The position numbers were made by a program, and so were the translations under genes. A DNA stretch of 63,987 bases, the filler included, from Sandaracinaceae bacterium (GTDB lineage: Bacteria > Myxococcota_A > Polyangia > Polyangiales > JADJQN01): the NCBI GenBank assembly GCA_947483975.1. It is 8 parts of 8 records of this genome, joined end to end, with 100 filler letters (N's around TTAATTAATTAA, not from the genome) between each part and the next. Parts side by side here need not be neighbours in the genome. Positions count along the whole stretch, not along the records: positions 8,540 to 16,964 come from CANKOL010000236.1; positions 17,065 to 25,482 come from CANKOL010000237.1; 6 more parts are not named here. One strand, given 5' to 3'. Positions 11,701 to 22,064 of the stretch are shown piece by piece; the stretch's first letter is position 1, and the number at the start of each line of letters is the position of its first letter. The notes below the pieces were generated by a model. It was not told where the DNA came from. It saw only the letters and a list, made by a program, of their open reading frames with translations, and searched no databases.

Positions 11701-12172
11701 AGTCCACGATCTTCACGCGGCCGGTCGCGCGCTCGACCAGGAAATTCTCGGGCTTCAGGTCGCGGTGCACGATGCCCGCGGCGTGCGCCTCGGCCAGCCC
11801 CGCGAGGATGTCGTCGAGCCCTCGAGCGATGACGGACCAGCCCGGCCAGGTCCGCACCCAGACCGAGAGATCGAAGCCCTCGACGAGCTCCATCACGAGA
11901 TACGGCGAGCCGTGCGGGTCGCGCCCGACGTCGAGCAGCGCGACGATGTTCGGGTGCGTGAGCCGCGCGGCGGCGGTCGCCTCGTCGAGCAGCAGGCGAC
12001 GCCTACCCGGATCGTCCCGCGCCTCCGAGCGCAGCATCTTCACCGCGACGACCCGTCCGCTCGGCCGGTGAATCGCTCGGTAGACGCGGCCCATTCCGCC
12101 CTCCCCGAGAAGCGCGACGAGCTCATACGACGACTCGCTGACGGCGTTCACGGCGCGCAGCGTGCCACGCAA
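8792..12172 (-). CDS. Ser/Thr protein kinase fused to STAND/AAA ATPase and TPR-like repeats
   Basis: LGEGGMG, VAVK, HRDLKPEN, DFG, APE; P-loop GPPGIGKS and Walker B LWLDD; helical C-terminus; start may be a few codons downstream. Confidence 0.9.
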   Translation of the reverse strand: MRGTLRAVNAVSESSYELVALLGEGGMGRVYRAIHRPSGRVVAVKMLRSEARDDPGRRRLLLDEATAAARLTHPNIVALLDVGRDPHGSPYLVMELVEGFDLSVWVRTWPGWSVIARGLDDILAGLAEAHAAGIVHRDLKPENFLVERATGRVKIVDFGIARVVDPLRGDAQRTGIAGTPVYMAPEQFVGVERIGPWTDVYALGVIIHELLAGTPPFPYEPAASVAAKLHGDPPPLRVRDGLELPLELVRLFHSMIAREPRDRPRFAAEVRGRLAEVARQVGDGVREAESAAVHSAPTYLHDDTTDRGTLEAPLTSPRNSELPPKSLRPSAPPDAEPAHARTPTLIELPFELAAADNGSPGRALRRVREAPLVARAQERATILSQALEVRSQGLTRLLVFIGPPGIGKSRVARWGFAEVERSGAMESLAAGYDVSETELAGGLRRALRRALGLPPNVPGADAVPDEWRWLVDARGVLPFDAVLLQRWLAEDNVEAGPVEPVVQALAGAIAAMARVRPVYLWLDDVAWARDGAMELLEHLLDTPDAPVLAVVTLREGTAQHPRLAARFEKLFARPLTTVRHLAPLDAGARRELLRALAPLAPEVAEGVATLIDDGTPLTLVQLVHGLSDAKLLEAGPDGLRPAAGRTIEELLAHRPLSELTRERVREVVDTFGPDADRAEGVLARAAVLGMQFEEGALRAASGADEPLVDQVLDRVLLHGLVRAEGHGRYSFDHRAVQEHLLARIQNLVDRDTVLRETAEGLFTFYGRVRADVAVRAALLLRRAGEHERAYTTLLHAIRTFGRAFELQRALAEIEVAQRWLAADGVQAPDARLAELTMNEGYVAYFGLRYDDALGALARAEEHYATLGDDVMAARCRCFVASVWFYQDRFRDSELRAKESIAQASKNDPRRAVTGLFASHILAQHAGLRGDFEGALRWQHEVAEYAAASGKLWREAFALLKVADLEIVLGRLEDAERHLEEAVESIRDVRYDELLGEALEVEVRLALARGRAADLRPRFAAHVRGVEARNELWVLTALRLTEARLSAALDDAPTAAAAARRFLDACEVVSHDEPPTLAGIRDLARVLEGLGERDAAEALRAHLAGRTASYDARDTLPELSKAGRPVS

Positions 12173-12209
12173 GTCTCGTCGCGCTCGCGTCGAGTGCTGC
12201 CCGCGTCGA

Positions 12210-14270
12210 TCACGGGGTCGGCGCGCCGTCGCTCGTCAGCCCGTCGAGCATCTGACGCATCTGGTCCCGGCTCTGCTCGACGCCGCCGGTCACGCTGCCG
12301 TCGAGCGAGCGCATATCGGTGCGCGAGATGACGACGCGTAGGGCGAAGATCTCGTCGTGGAAGACGTCCGCGGTGCGCGCCGCGAGCTCGTCGTCGGTCT
12401 CGTCCGGCTTGCCTCGCTCGTGCGGCAATCGCGGGACGTCCACGCACTTGAGCTGCCCGCCGCTCGGGTCGCGGAGGCAGACGCGCGGGGCCGAGTCCGT
12501 ACCGGAGACCGCCACCGTGAAGCCGCTGTCGTCGCTCCGCAGGCGCGGGCTGTTCTCCAGCATATCCGCGACCTCCTCGACGACCGCGCCGCCGTTCTCG
12601 GCGACGACCCGCGCGGGCAGCGCGAGGCCCATGCGGCGCAGCGTGCCGGCGTCGAGCTGCATCACGCGCACGAAGTGCCCGTACATCTCGCGATCGTCGC
12701 CGCGGCCGCGCTCGGCCTGGGCCGCGACGGCCTCCGTGCGCGCCCGGAGCAGCACCTCCGCGGCGGGGAGCTTCTCGATGGCGAGCTTGGCGAGCCTGAG
12801 CGCCTCGTCGTCGTCGCCCTGCGCGAGCGCGATCTCCGCGCCGATGGCGTCGTGGTAGGGCGCGACCTCGGGGAAGCCGCGATCCGCCTCGCGCGCCGAC
12901 TCGAGCGCGACCGCGACGACGCCCGCGCCGAGCGTGTCGATCAGGTCGCCGAGCAGCCACACCGGGACCGGCTCGATGCCGCCGCGCACGTTCACGCGCA
13001 GCGTCGCGACGAGGCGGTCTTCGTTCGAGAGCGCGCCCGCGACGCGCTCGTCGTCGCGCAGCGAGTCGAGCGAGTCCCACCAGACCCCGAGGCGGTTGAT
13101 CGTCCGCTGAAAGAAGCCGCCGACGCTGACCGCCTCGTAGTCGCGCTCGGCCTTCGCGTGCACGAGCGCGCGGTGCAAGAGCGCGTTGGCGCCGTGCGCC
13201 TGCTCGGGCGTCGACGACGAGAGCCCGCGGCGGTCCGGGCGGTCGATGGCCCGCTCGATCAGCGTGACCGCAGGGTCGATCTCACCGGCGACGAGCAGCA
13301 CGGTCGCGAGCGCGGAGTCCGTCTCCGCGTGATCCTGGTCGCGCAGGTTGGCCGGCTGACGCGCGCGCCAGCGCTGCATCTCGCGGACGGCCTCGATGGC
13401 CTCGTTCGCTTGGCCGGCGTCGGCGTGCAGTCGCGCGAGGAGCCGCCAGGGGTTCGCCGTCGTGAACTCGAGGCGGCGCGCGCCCTCCTCGGCGAGCGCC
13501 TGCGCCTCGGCGTGCTTCAGCATCGCGAGGGCGGCGAGGGACGCGTTGTACGCGTGCACGGTGACCTGCTGCGCGTTCTCTGGGTGCTGCGGATCGACGG
13601 GCGCGGCCGCGCGGCGGCGGGCCGCCTCGAGCGCGGCGATGCACGCGTCGTACTGCGGCTTTCGCGTGCGCGCCTCGGCCTCGATCGCGCAGAGGCCGTT
13701 CAGCCCGAGGGACGCCTCCCAGCGCTCGTTCGTCGCGATGGCGCGCTTCGCGAACGCGCGCGCCTCGTCGAAGCGCCCGAGGTGCAGCAGCGGCCAGGCG
13801 TGCTCGGCGAGCAGATCCGGATCGTACAGGGAGTCGTAGAACTCGAGCATCTGCACCTGGTAGTCGTATTCTTCGATCTCGCCGGCGAGCTGCGTGATCG
13901 CGAACAGGATCTCCTGGTGCAGGTGCCAAGGCGCGCCGGGCGGGCGGTTCACGCCCCAGCGCTCCTCGTAGAGTTCGCGCGCGCGCCCGAGGTGGAACAT
14001 CGCGCGGGCGAGCGAGCCCTCGGCCTCGCGCAGCGTCACGCCGGCGAGGTAGTTCCCCATGATCGAGTCCGGATCGCGCGCCAAGATTCGCTCGGCCTTG
14101 GTGCGCGCCGAGACGAGCTTGTTCTGGCCGTAGAGCGTGTACGCCTCGAGCTCCTCGGGCGTGCCCGTCGTGCCCGCGGGCACCTGCTGCGCTTGCGCGT
14201 GCAGCAGCACGACGAGCGCGCTCGAGAGCACGCACGAGACCGCGAGCAGGCTGAGGAGACGGGCGCGCAT
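12210..14270 (-). CDS. secreted TPR-like helical protein
   Basis: Start MRARLLSLLAVSCVLSSALVVLLHAQA (signal peptide) 8 nt after the MoxR stop; helical Ala/Leu/Glu-rich body. Confidence 0.7.
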   Translation of the reverse strand: MRARLLSLLAVSCVLSSALVVLLHAQAQQVPAGTTGTPEELEAYTLYGQNKLVSARTKAERILARDPDSIMGNYLAGVTLREAEGSLARAMFHLGRARELYEERWGVNRPPGAPWHLHQEILFAITQLAGEIEEYDYQVQMLEFYDSLYDPDLLAEHAWPLLHLGRFDEARAFAKRAIATNERWEASLGLNGLCAIEAEARTRKPQYDACIAALEAARRRAAAPVDPQHPENAQQVTVHAYNASLAALAMLKHAEAQALAEEGARRLEFTTANPWRLLARLHADAGQANEAIEAVREMQRWRARQPANLRDQDHAETDSALATVLLVAGEIDPAVTLIERAIDRPDRRGLSSSTPEQAHGANALLHRALVHAKAERDYEAVSVGGFFQRTINRLGVWWDSLDSLRDDERVAGALSNEDRLVATLRVNVRGGIEPVPVWLLGDLIDTLGAGVVAVALESAREADRGFPEVAPYHDAIGAEIALAQGDDDEALRLAKLAIEKLPAAEVLLRARTEAVAAQAERGRGDDREMYGHFVRVMQLDAGTLRRMGLALPARVVAENGGAVVEEVADMLENSPRLRSDDSGFTVAVSGTDSAPRVCLRDPSGGQLKCVDVPRLPHERGKPDETDDELAARTADVFHDEIFALRVVISRTDMRSLDGSVTGGVEQSRDQMRQMLDGLTSDGAPTP

Positions 14271-14278
14271 CGCGGGCT

Positions 14279-15328
14279 TCAGCGCCTCATCGTCGCGCGG
14301 GCGAGCTTGTCGAGCGGCGGCCCGATGCAGTCCCGGAGCACCTGATCGCCCGTCTCTGCGCCCGGCGCGTACTCGAGGCGGTGCGAGAACACGTACTGCG
14401 AGAGCGCCTCGACGTCCTCGGCCGTCACGTAGTCGCGGACGCGCGTGAGCGCGCGCGCCTGCAGCGCGGGGATCATCAGCACGAGCGAGCGCGTCGAGGC
14501 GCCTTGGAGGACGCGCGGATCGGTGCGCGTGCGCGCCGCGATGTCGACGAGGCACTCGCGGATCTCGGGCGCGACGTGGATCAGACTCTCGGCGACGTTC
14601 CGCGCGTCGAGCATCTCGGTGCGCGTCGCCCGCGGTAGCTCCTGCCCGATGCCGGCGCGGCGCGTCTTGTAGCTCGCGAGCACCTCGAGTTCCGCGTCGC
14701 GCGGGATGTGCTTCATCTTGATCTTGAAGAGGAAGCGATCGAGCTGCGCGCTCGGCAGCGGGAACGTGCCCGCGAGATCGAGCGGGTTCTGCGTCGCGAT
14801 CACGAGGAAGAGCGGATCGAGCTTGCGGGTGCGGTTGTCGACCGTCACCTGCTTCTCCGCCATCGCCTCGAGCATCGCGCTCTGCACCTTCGGTGAGGTG
14901 CGGTTGATCTCGTCGGCGAGGACGATGTGCGCGAAGATCGGGCCCGGCCGGAAGAAGAAGCGGTTGGTGTTCGGGTCGAAGATCGTCGTGCCGGTGACGT
15001 CGCTCGGCAGCAGATCCGGCGTGAACTGGATGCGCCGGAAGGTGACGATGTCGTCGTCTGGGCGGTCGTCGATGATGCAGTCGCCGAGCGCCTTGGCGAG
15101 CGTCGTCTTGCCCGAGCCGGGGTAGTCCTCGAGCAGGACATGGCCGTCCGAGAGCATCGCGACGATGATCATCTCGATCACCTCGTCGCGCCCTCGCACG
15201 GCGGCTTGCAGGCGCGCGCGCAGGCGCTGCACGACGCCGTACGCGCCGTTCAGATCCGTGATCGGCGGCGCGAGCGTGTGAGTGATGTGCTCGCTGTTCT
15301 CGAAGTCGGTCTCGGGCGCTTGGGTCAT
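14279..15328 (-). CDS. MoxR-family AAA+ ATPase
   Basis: HVLLEDYPGSGKT, RIQFTPDLLPSDVTG, LADEINR, ATQNP, AQLDRF. Confidence 0.95.
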   Translation of the reverse strand: MTQAPETDFENSEHITHTLAPPITDLNGAYGVVQRLRARLQAAVRGRDEVIEMIIVAMLSDGHVLLEDYPGSGKTTLAKALGDCIIDDRPDDDIVTFRRIQFTPDLLPSDVTGTTIFDPNTNRFFFRPGPIFAHIVLADEINRTSPKVQSAMLEAMAEKQVTVDNRTRKLDPLFLVIATQNPLDLAGTFPLPSAQLDRFLFKIKMKHIPRDAELEVLASYKTRRAGIGQELPRATRTEMLDARNVAESLIHVAPEIRECLVDIAARTRTDPRVLQGASTRSLVLMIPALQARALTRVRDYVTAEDVEALSQYVFSHRLEYAPGAETGDQVLRDCIGPPLDKLARATMRR

Positions 15329-15370
15329 TGGGTTACCTGTCGGAGGACGTGTCGACGAAGGACAGCGGGC

Positions 15371-16964
15371 TCAGCGAGAATCGAAGAGAAAGGAGACGGG
15401 GTTGAAGAGGCCGAGCGCGCGGCGCCAGAGCTTCGTGCCGCGACGGACCTCGCGACGGGTCGTGCGCAACTCCGCCCGGACGAGCGCCTTGTTCCACTCG
15501 GTGCGGGCGGCGGCGGGGGCGTTCGGCGCGCGGAGGCGGATGGCGACTGCGTGATCGGTGAGCTTGCGGAACTCAGGCGAGATGTCCTTCACGCGGTCGG
15601 CGAAGGCCTCGCGCGTCTCGCCGTCGTCGCGCGTGAGCCCAGCCTCGCCGAGCGCGTCGAGGGCGGCGCGATAGGCGACGCGGGCGACGTCGCGCTGCGA
15701 CGAGAAGAGCGGCGCGATGCGGCGCCAGAGCTTGGTCAGGTAGAGCGCGATGAGCGCGAGCGCGAGCAGGACGCCGAGCACGATGCCGGTGTTGCGGACG
15801 AAGTGCGTCGGCTCGCGGTGCTTCGGCGGCGGCGGCTCCGCGGGGTCGGGCGGCTCCTGCCGGGCCATCTCGCCGAGCATTCGCTGCAGGTCGTCGTCGG
15901 GCGCCGTGCCCGGCGGGTCGAGGTTCTTCTCGGCCGCGATGTCGAGCACGATCCAGCCGTAGCCGTCGATGTAGACCTCGGGCCACGCATGCCCGTCGCT
16001 GCCGCGCAGCATGATCGCGCTGCCGCCGCGGCGGTTCTGTTCGTCGAAGTGGTAGCCGGTCGACACGCGCGACGGGATGCCGAGCGCGCGCCACATGTAG
16101 ACGGCGGCGTGCGCGAAGTGCACGCAGTAGCCGATGCGGTTGCCGAACAGGAAGTCGGCCGTCGGATCGGGGACGCCCGCGTGCCGCTCGCGGGTCGAGT
16201 AGGTCATCTCGTGGTCCATCCAGAGCTTGATGGCCACGGCTTGCGCGAACGGGTCGTTGCGCTTGGCGGGCGGCAGATGCGAGATGATCTCGCGCGCGAG
16301 CACGCCGTAGCGCGGGTCCTCGGGGCCGCGCAGGTAGTACTGCCGGATCTCGGGCGTCCAGCGGTGGTCGCCGACCTTGCGCCCGAGCAGCTGCTGGTAA
16401 GGGACCGTCTGCGCGAGAGACGTGAAGCGATACGCCCGCACGAAGCGCGCAGGGTTCGGGTTCGCGGATGGGCGGAGGCTGACCGCCGCCTCGAGCGCGA
16501 AGGGTTCCTCGTGCTCGACGAGGAGCGCGACGCGGCCGCTCACCTTCGTGCGCCCGCGCGGCGAGGGCTGCTCGCGCATCCGCACGGTCGTCGTCGGGAA
16601 GTCGGGCGTCGTGTCGAGGTCGACGTCCGAGCGCGTCGACTCGACGAAGCGCGTGCCGTTGTACTCGCTCCACGCGGACTGCCGGAAGTAGTAGGCGCCG
16701 CTCGGTGAGGAGTAGTCGTCGTCGAGCACGACGATGGCCATCGGCGAGGCGGAGCCCTGCGACGGCGGAGTGTCGTCGTCCGTGCGCTGCTGCCGCGGGG
16801 GCGGGCGCTGGTTCTGCTCTGCGCCGCCGTCGCCCTGTGGAGGAGGCGTGCCGCCCGCGCCGCCGTCGTTCCAGCGTGGAGGAGGCGGAGTGCCGCCGGC
16901 GTCGGGCCACTGGGGCGGAGGCGAGCCCCCACCACCGCCATCGCCGCCGCCGCCGCCCGCGCCA
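15371..16964 (-). CDS. transglutaminase-like domain membrane protein (5' truncated by gap)
   Basis: GYCVHFAHA (Cys), HAWPEVY (His), WIVLD (Asp) triad; C-terminal TM and DUF4129-like tail; typical MoxR operon partner. Confidence 0.88.
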
Positions 16965-17336
16965 NNNNNNNNNNNNNNNNNNNNNNNNNNNNNNNNNNNN
17001 NNNNNNNNTTAATTAATTAANNNNNNNNNNNNNNNNNNNNNNNNNNNNNNNNNNNNNNNNNNNNCCGCCGGGCCGAGCCAGGTGCGCAGCGCGCCCGCGA
17101 CGCGGGAGCGCCACAGCGAGTGTTGCGCGAACAGCTCCTCTGCGGAGGGATATCCGCGCGTGCTCACGCTCGTGGGCGCGGCGACGGAGCGCGTGTCCTG
17201 CCGGGCGGCGCGCAGCTCGGGAGAGCGAGACTTTCGACGTGTGTTGTTTGGGGCGCTCATGTCTCGAACTCCATTGTTGGGGCGCCGGTCGCGCCGGTCG
17301 CCAGTACCCGTGTGGCATCGACCCATCGAGGATGCT

Positions 17337-18545
17337 TCAGCTTGGGTCAGTCGTCGTCCCTGCCGCCAGCGCGGCGATGATCGCGACCAGCTGCGCGACG
17401 CGCTCGCCGCCGCGTCCCTCTCCGAGCGCGGGCGGCTCAGGCAGCCCCAAGCGCTCGAGGTAGGCCTCTTGCCCGCCGGTGCGCTCGCCCGCGAGCTCCG
17501 TCGCCGCGCGGCGCACGTCGACGCGCGTGCTCGGGAGCGTCACCGCGTCGGCGTCGGCGAGCCCGATGGCGAAGTGCCCCCACGTCGCGAGCACGTCAGT
17601 CTCGCGTAAAAACGCGCTCCACCGCTCGCGAAAGGCGCTCAGGCTCTCGCCCTCGAGGAAGCGCTGCGCGTCGAGGTGCGTGTGATTCGGCGTCGAGGGC
17701 GCGACGGGCCTGCGCGCGGTCAGCACCGCCTCGAAGCGCTCTCCGCTGCTCGGGCGCACGGCACACCAGTGCACGAGCTCGGCGTCGTGCCCGCCCGTGC
17801 CCTTCGCGGGCCAGGCGTTGGCCTCGGCGTGTACGCAGAGCACGTCCTCATAGCGAGTCTGGAGCAGCTCCGTGACTGGCACTCTGCGCGGGCGCGCCTT
17901 CCGAGAGAGCTTGTGTCGAGATGGCGTGCCGCGGCGCTCTTCGATGTAGCGGAGCTGGGAGTCCACCATCGCCTCGAACGGGCGCAGCAGCACCTCGAAG
18001 CGCGCGGCGTCGCCCTCGAGCGCGCCGAGCATGTAGGCGATGGCCTCGATCGTGGAGACGCAGTGCTCTGCGGGCTCCTTGCGAATACGGTAGTCGCTCG
18101 GGCGCGGCGGCGTGAAGCGCACGAGCGGGAGGGTCTGCAACAGCTTCGTCTTGCGCACGAGGCTCTGCGCCTGCCACCAAGTGCCGTCGACGACGACGAG
18201 GGTGATGGGCCCGGCGTCCGGCGCGCGCGACGCCGCGAGGTCCGTGACGTCGATCGCGTCCTTCCCGGGAAAGAGCAGATAGGTGTCGGGCGCCGAGAGC
18301 GCCGCGCGCAGGCCCACGTCCGAGTCGAGGTCGTTGACGCCGATGAACACGGAGGAATTCGGCAGGGCGAGCTCCGCCATGCGCAGCGTCCCAATCGGGA
18401 CATCACGCTCGCGGCGGTGCTGCACGAGCACGAGCCGCGTGCGCGTCGGCACGGGCACGATGTGCGCGCAGTAGCAGACGACGACTGGGCGCCGACAGTC
18501 AGGACAGGTCGCGCGCGGCTCGGCGCTCTCGGGGTTCAGCTCCAT
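17337..18545 (-). CDS. DTW-domain tRNA aminocarboxypropyltransferase (TapT-like) with C-terminal extension
   Basis: CPDC..CYC, QHRRE, YLLFPG, VVDGTWWQA, YRIRKEP, STIEA motifs; about 190 extra C-terminal residues. Confidence 0.88.
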   Translation of the reverse strand: MELNPESAEPRATCPDCRRPVVVCYCAHIVPVPTRTRLVLVQHRRERDVPIGTLRMAELALPNSSVFIGVNDLDSDVGLRAALSAPDTYLLFPGKDAIDVTDLAASRAPDAGPITLVVVDGTWWQAQSLVRKTKLLQTLPLVRFTPPRPSDYRIRKEPAEHCVSTIEAIAYMLGALEGDAARFEVLLRPFEAMVDSQLRYIEERRGTPSRHKLSRKARPRRVPVTELLQTRYEDVLCVHAEANAWPAKGTGGHDAELVHWCAVRPSSGERFEAVLTARRPVAPSTPNHTHLDAQRFLEGESLSAFRERWSAFLRETDVLATWGHFAIGLADADAVTLPSTRVDVRRAATELAGERTGGQEAYLERLGLPEPPALGEGRGGERVAQLVAIIAALAAGTTTDPS

Positions 18546-18669
18546 GCGCGGCTCGGAGACACGGGCGCGAGTATGACAGCTGCGGAGGGCGGTGCGCACG
18601 TCTCCTGTCGCGAGCCCGGCGACCATGCGCATTGCGCCGCGCGCCCGCGCCGCGATACACCGGAGCCAC

Positions 18670-20550
18670 ATGTCGCAAGGCAAGCTGCTCGGTGAGCGCC
18701 GGTTCGCGTTCTTCTTCTGGACGCAGTTCTTCGGCGCGTTCAACGACAATCTCTTCAAGAACGCCCTGATCATCTACTTCACGCTGTCACCCCCGCGCGA
18801 CGTGCCGCTCGGGCGCGATCTGCTCGTGAACGTCGCGTCCGGGATGCTCGTGCTGCCGTTCTTCCTCTTCTCCGCGACGGCGGGTCAGCTCGCCGAGAAG
18901 CTCGAGAAGTCGAAGTTGATCCGGCTGACGAAGGTGATCGAGGTCTGCCTGATGCTCGCCGCGGGGCTCGCGTTCTACGCGGGGAGCGGGCTGCTCCTGC
19001 TCGCGATTCTGTTCTTGCTCGGGGCGCAAGCGGCCTTGTTCGGGCCCGTGAAGTTCGCGGTGCTGCCGCAGCTGCTGAAGGAAGAGGAGCTCGTCGGCGG
19101 AAACGGCCTGATCGAGATGGGCACCTACGTCGCGATCCTCGGCGGCATGATGCTCGGTGGCACGCTGATCGCGATCCCTGGCTGGGGTCGGCCCGCCGTG
19201 TCCGTCGCGGTGGTCCTCGTCGCGGTCGCCGGCTACCTCGCGAGCCGCGGCGTGCCGCTCGTGCCGTCGGCGGTGCCGGACCTGCGCATCCGCTGGAACT
19301 TCCCCGCCGAGACCGTGCGCGTCATCGGCTACACGCACGAGCGCCGCGCGGTGTTCCTCTCGGTGCTCGGAAACTCCTGGTTCTGGTTCTTCGGCGCGCT
19401 CTTTCTCGCGCAATTGCCTGGTTTCGTCGAGGACGTCGTGCACGGCACGCCCGCCGTCGTCACGCTCTTGCTCGTCGTGTTCTCGCTCGGCGTGGGCGTC
19501 GGCTCGCTCCTCTGCGAGCGCCTGTCCGGGCGGCGCGTCGAGCTGGGGCTCGTGCCCTTCGGCTCGATCGGCATGACGCTCTTCGCGCTCGACCTCTTTC
19601 TCGCGACTCAGTGGCACACGCGCTCGCTCGCAGAGCTCGGCCCGCTCGAGGTGCTGCGCGCGCCGAGCAGCTGGCGGTGGCTGTTCGACCTCGCGATGAT
19701 CGGGCTCTTCGGCGGCTTCTACAGCGTGCCGCTCAACGCGATCATTCAGCATCGGAGTGATCCGGAGAAGCGCTCGCGGATCATCGCGGGGAACAACATC
19801 CTCAATTCGCTCTTCATGGTCGCGGCGGCTGGCGTCGGGATCCTCTGCCTCGGTCCGCTACATTTCTCGATTCCGCAGGTGTTCCTCGTCGCGGCGATCG
19901 GCAATGCCCTCGTCGCGCTCTACATCTACACGCTCCTGCCCGAGTTCCTCATGCGGTTCATCGTGTGGATGCTGATGCACACGATCTATCGGCTGCGCGT
20001 CGTGCACGAGGAGCGTCTGCCCGAGGAGGGCGCCGCGCTCCTCGTCTGCAATCACATCAGCTTCGTCGATGCGCTGATTCTCGCCGCGGCCTCGAGGCGC
20101 CCGATTCGCTTCGTGATGTACTACAAGATCTTCGCGATTCCGGTGCTGAGCTTCGTGTTCCGCACGGCCAAGGCGATCCCGATCGCGGGCCGAAAAGAGG
20201 ACCTCGCGCTGATGGAGAAGGCGTTCGTCGACATCGAGCAGGCGCTCCGAGAGGGGGAGTTGGTCTGCATCTTCCCCGAGGGGGCGCTGACGAGCGACGG
20301 CGAGATTCACGAGTTCCGCCCGGGCGTCGAGCGCATCCTCGAGAAGAGCCCAGTGCCGGTGATCCCGCTCGCGCTCCGGGGGCTCTGGGGGAGCTGGTTC
20401 AGCCGCCGCGGCGGCGTCGCGATGGTGAAGCGCCCGAGGCGCTTCTGGTCGCACATCGAGCTGGTCGTCGGCGAGACGCTGAGCGCCGACGTCGCGGACG
20501 CGCCGCGCCTCGAGTCCGAGGTGCGCGCCCTGCGCGGCGACTGGGCTTGA
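18670..20550 (+). CDS. MFS lysophospholipid transporter fused to PlsC-type acyltransferase (LplT/Aas-like)
   Basis: TQFFGAFNDNLFK, FGPVKF; C-terminal NHISFVD and IFPEG acyltransferase motifs. Confidence 0.93.
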   Translation: MSQGKLLGERRFAFFFWTQFFGAFNDNLFKNALIIYFTLSPPRDVPLGRDLLVNVASGMLVLPFFLFSATAGQLAEKLEKSKLIRLTKVIEVCLMLAAGLAFYAGSGLLLLAILFLLGAQAALFGPVKFAVLPQLLKEEELVGGNGLIEMGTYVAILGGMMLGGTLIAIPGWGRPAVSVAVVLVAVAGYLASRGVPLVPSAVPDLRIRWNFPAETVRVIGYTHERRAVFLSVLGNSWFWFFGALFLAQLPGFVEDVVHGTPAVVTLLLVVFSLGVGVGSLLCERLSGRRVELGLVPFGSIGMTLFALDLFLATQWHTRSLAELGPLEVLRAPSSWRWLFDLAMIGLFGGFYSVPLNAIIQHRSDPEKRSRIIAGNNILNSLFMVAAAGVGILCLGPLHFSIPQVFLVAAIGNALVALYIYTLLPEFLMRFIVWMLMHTIYRLRVVHEERLPEEGAALLVCNHISFVDALILAAASRRPIRFVMYYKIFAIPVLSFVFRTAKAIPIAGRKEDLALMEKAFVDIEQALREGELVCIFPEGALTSDGEIHEFRPGVERILEKSPVPVIPLALRGLWGSWFSRRGGVAMVKRPRRFWSHIELVVGETLSADVADAPRLESEVRALRGDWA

Positions 20551-20975
20551 GCGGGATGAGAGACTCTGTGGGGTGACGCGCGTCTGCGCGACGAGGCGTG
20601 CGGCTGCGTGACTACCTGCGTGACCGCGCCGGTCGGGTGACGTGCTCGCCACCCGTGGCGCCTCCACTCGCGAGGTGCTGCGCGGCGTAGGTCGAGCGAG
20701 ATGAGCGGGTGTCGCTCGTCGAGCGCACGGGTACTGCGCTCGTCACCCGACCTCCGCTGTTGGAGGCGATGGTGGGGCGTCCGACGCGCTCGGCGGCGAA
20801 GTGAGCAGCGGAGCGCTGCGAGCGCGTCGCGCGGCCCGCGCGAGGAGTGCCCGAAAGGAAGAGGCGCGCCCAACCGAGGACTTCGTGGGAGGACTGATTC
20901 ACCGCGGCCATCTGTGAGGTTGTGCCGTGCGGCACCGTCACGTAGCCTTTCCTCGTGCGAAGAGCGGGGCTTGTC

Positions 20976-21908
20976 ATGGCGGGAAGTAGCGCATCGGTGG
21001 TCCGCATGGCCTCCGTGTTCGCACTGGCCGTACTTGCGCTCGGCTGTTCGGAACACCACGTCGTCGGGGGCGACGGTGGCGCCGCGGACCTTGGTCACGA
21101 TGGGTCCGTCGACCTCGGTCTTGACGGCGGCTTGCCGGATTTCGGAATCCGGGACGCTGGTACGTATGACGGTCCCGAGGATTGCGCGGACGTCGCTGGC
21201 TACCGCCGTTGCGACGAACGGTGTCTCCGGCCATGCACGAGTCCGGCGCGGTGCCTCGCGGAGATCGGCTTGTGTGTAGTCCGTCCGCCCACTGGCTACG
21301 AGGGATGTACCTTCTCCGCGGTGGGCGTGTTCCCGCGGACTGGTGGCTACTGCCCGTGGAGCGGCGGTCCATGCCTCGTGTATGAGGGCGACGGTGCCGC
21401 AGAGCGCTGGCACGGCTTCTGTCTGGGGGCCGATGTCTGCGTCGCGGCCGAGGGAAGAGGACTGCCGTTCACGTGCCGATATGGCGATGGCAGTTCCGTC
21501 GTCTCAGGGCCACCCGGTGGCGTGTGCCCGTCGCCGGTCGTCGGCGCGCCGTGGTGCGGCGGTTCGTGCGGGGGCCTCGTCGATGGGTGTCCGAACACGG
21601 ATGGGCCTTTTGGCACGAACATCACTCCATCATGCATCGGCCTATCGGATACACGCGCCTTTGGGGTTTGCGTCTACGACGAAGTCGACTGCGAGGACAC
21701 GTGGACGCGATTCGGACCCGATCAATATGCGTTGATGGCTGACGCGTGCGGCGCGAACTACGGCGCGCCCTGCGCGTGCATGCAGGTGGCCGGGGGACCC
21801 GGCGGCGCGCTGTCCTACTTCGTGAAGGCCGACGCCTGCGTGGGCTATCGCCGCGCGTTTCCCGGTAGCGTCGAATGCCTCGATGGGACCCACACGCCGT
21901 TGCCATGA
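20976..21908 (+). CDS. cysteine-rich lipoprotein, hypothetical
   Basis: Lipobox LALGC, Asp/Gly linker, many Cys; start uncertain (20976/21006). Confidence 0.7.
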   Translation: MAGSSASVVRMASVFALAVLALGCSEHHVVGGDGGAADLGHDGSVDLGLDGGLPDFGIRDAGTYDGPEDCADVAGYRRCDERCLRPCTSPARCLAEIGLCVVRPPTGYEGCTFSAVGVFPRTGGYCPWSGGPCLVYEGDGAAERWHGFCLGADVCVAAEGRGLPFTCRYGDGSSVVSGPPGGVCPSPVVGAPWCGGSCGGLVDGCPNTDGPFGTNITPSCIGLSDTRAFGVCVYDEVDCEDTWTRFGPDQYALMADACGANYGAPCACMQVAGGPGGALSYFVKADACVGYRRAFPGSVECLDGTHTPLP

Positions 21909-22064
21909 CGGCGGTGGTCCTGTCGTGATGGGGCGGCGAGGACCCCCGCTGCGGCAGCGGCTACGGGCACTGCAACGCTGCGCCGGAACACTTTGCGCGG
22001 AGGTCGCCGACGCGGCGCGGCTCCCTGGCTCGATCGCAAGGGTCACGTCCATCGAGGCCCCCCC

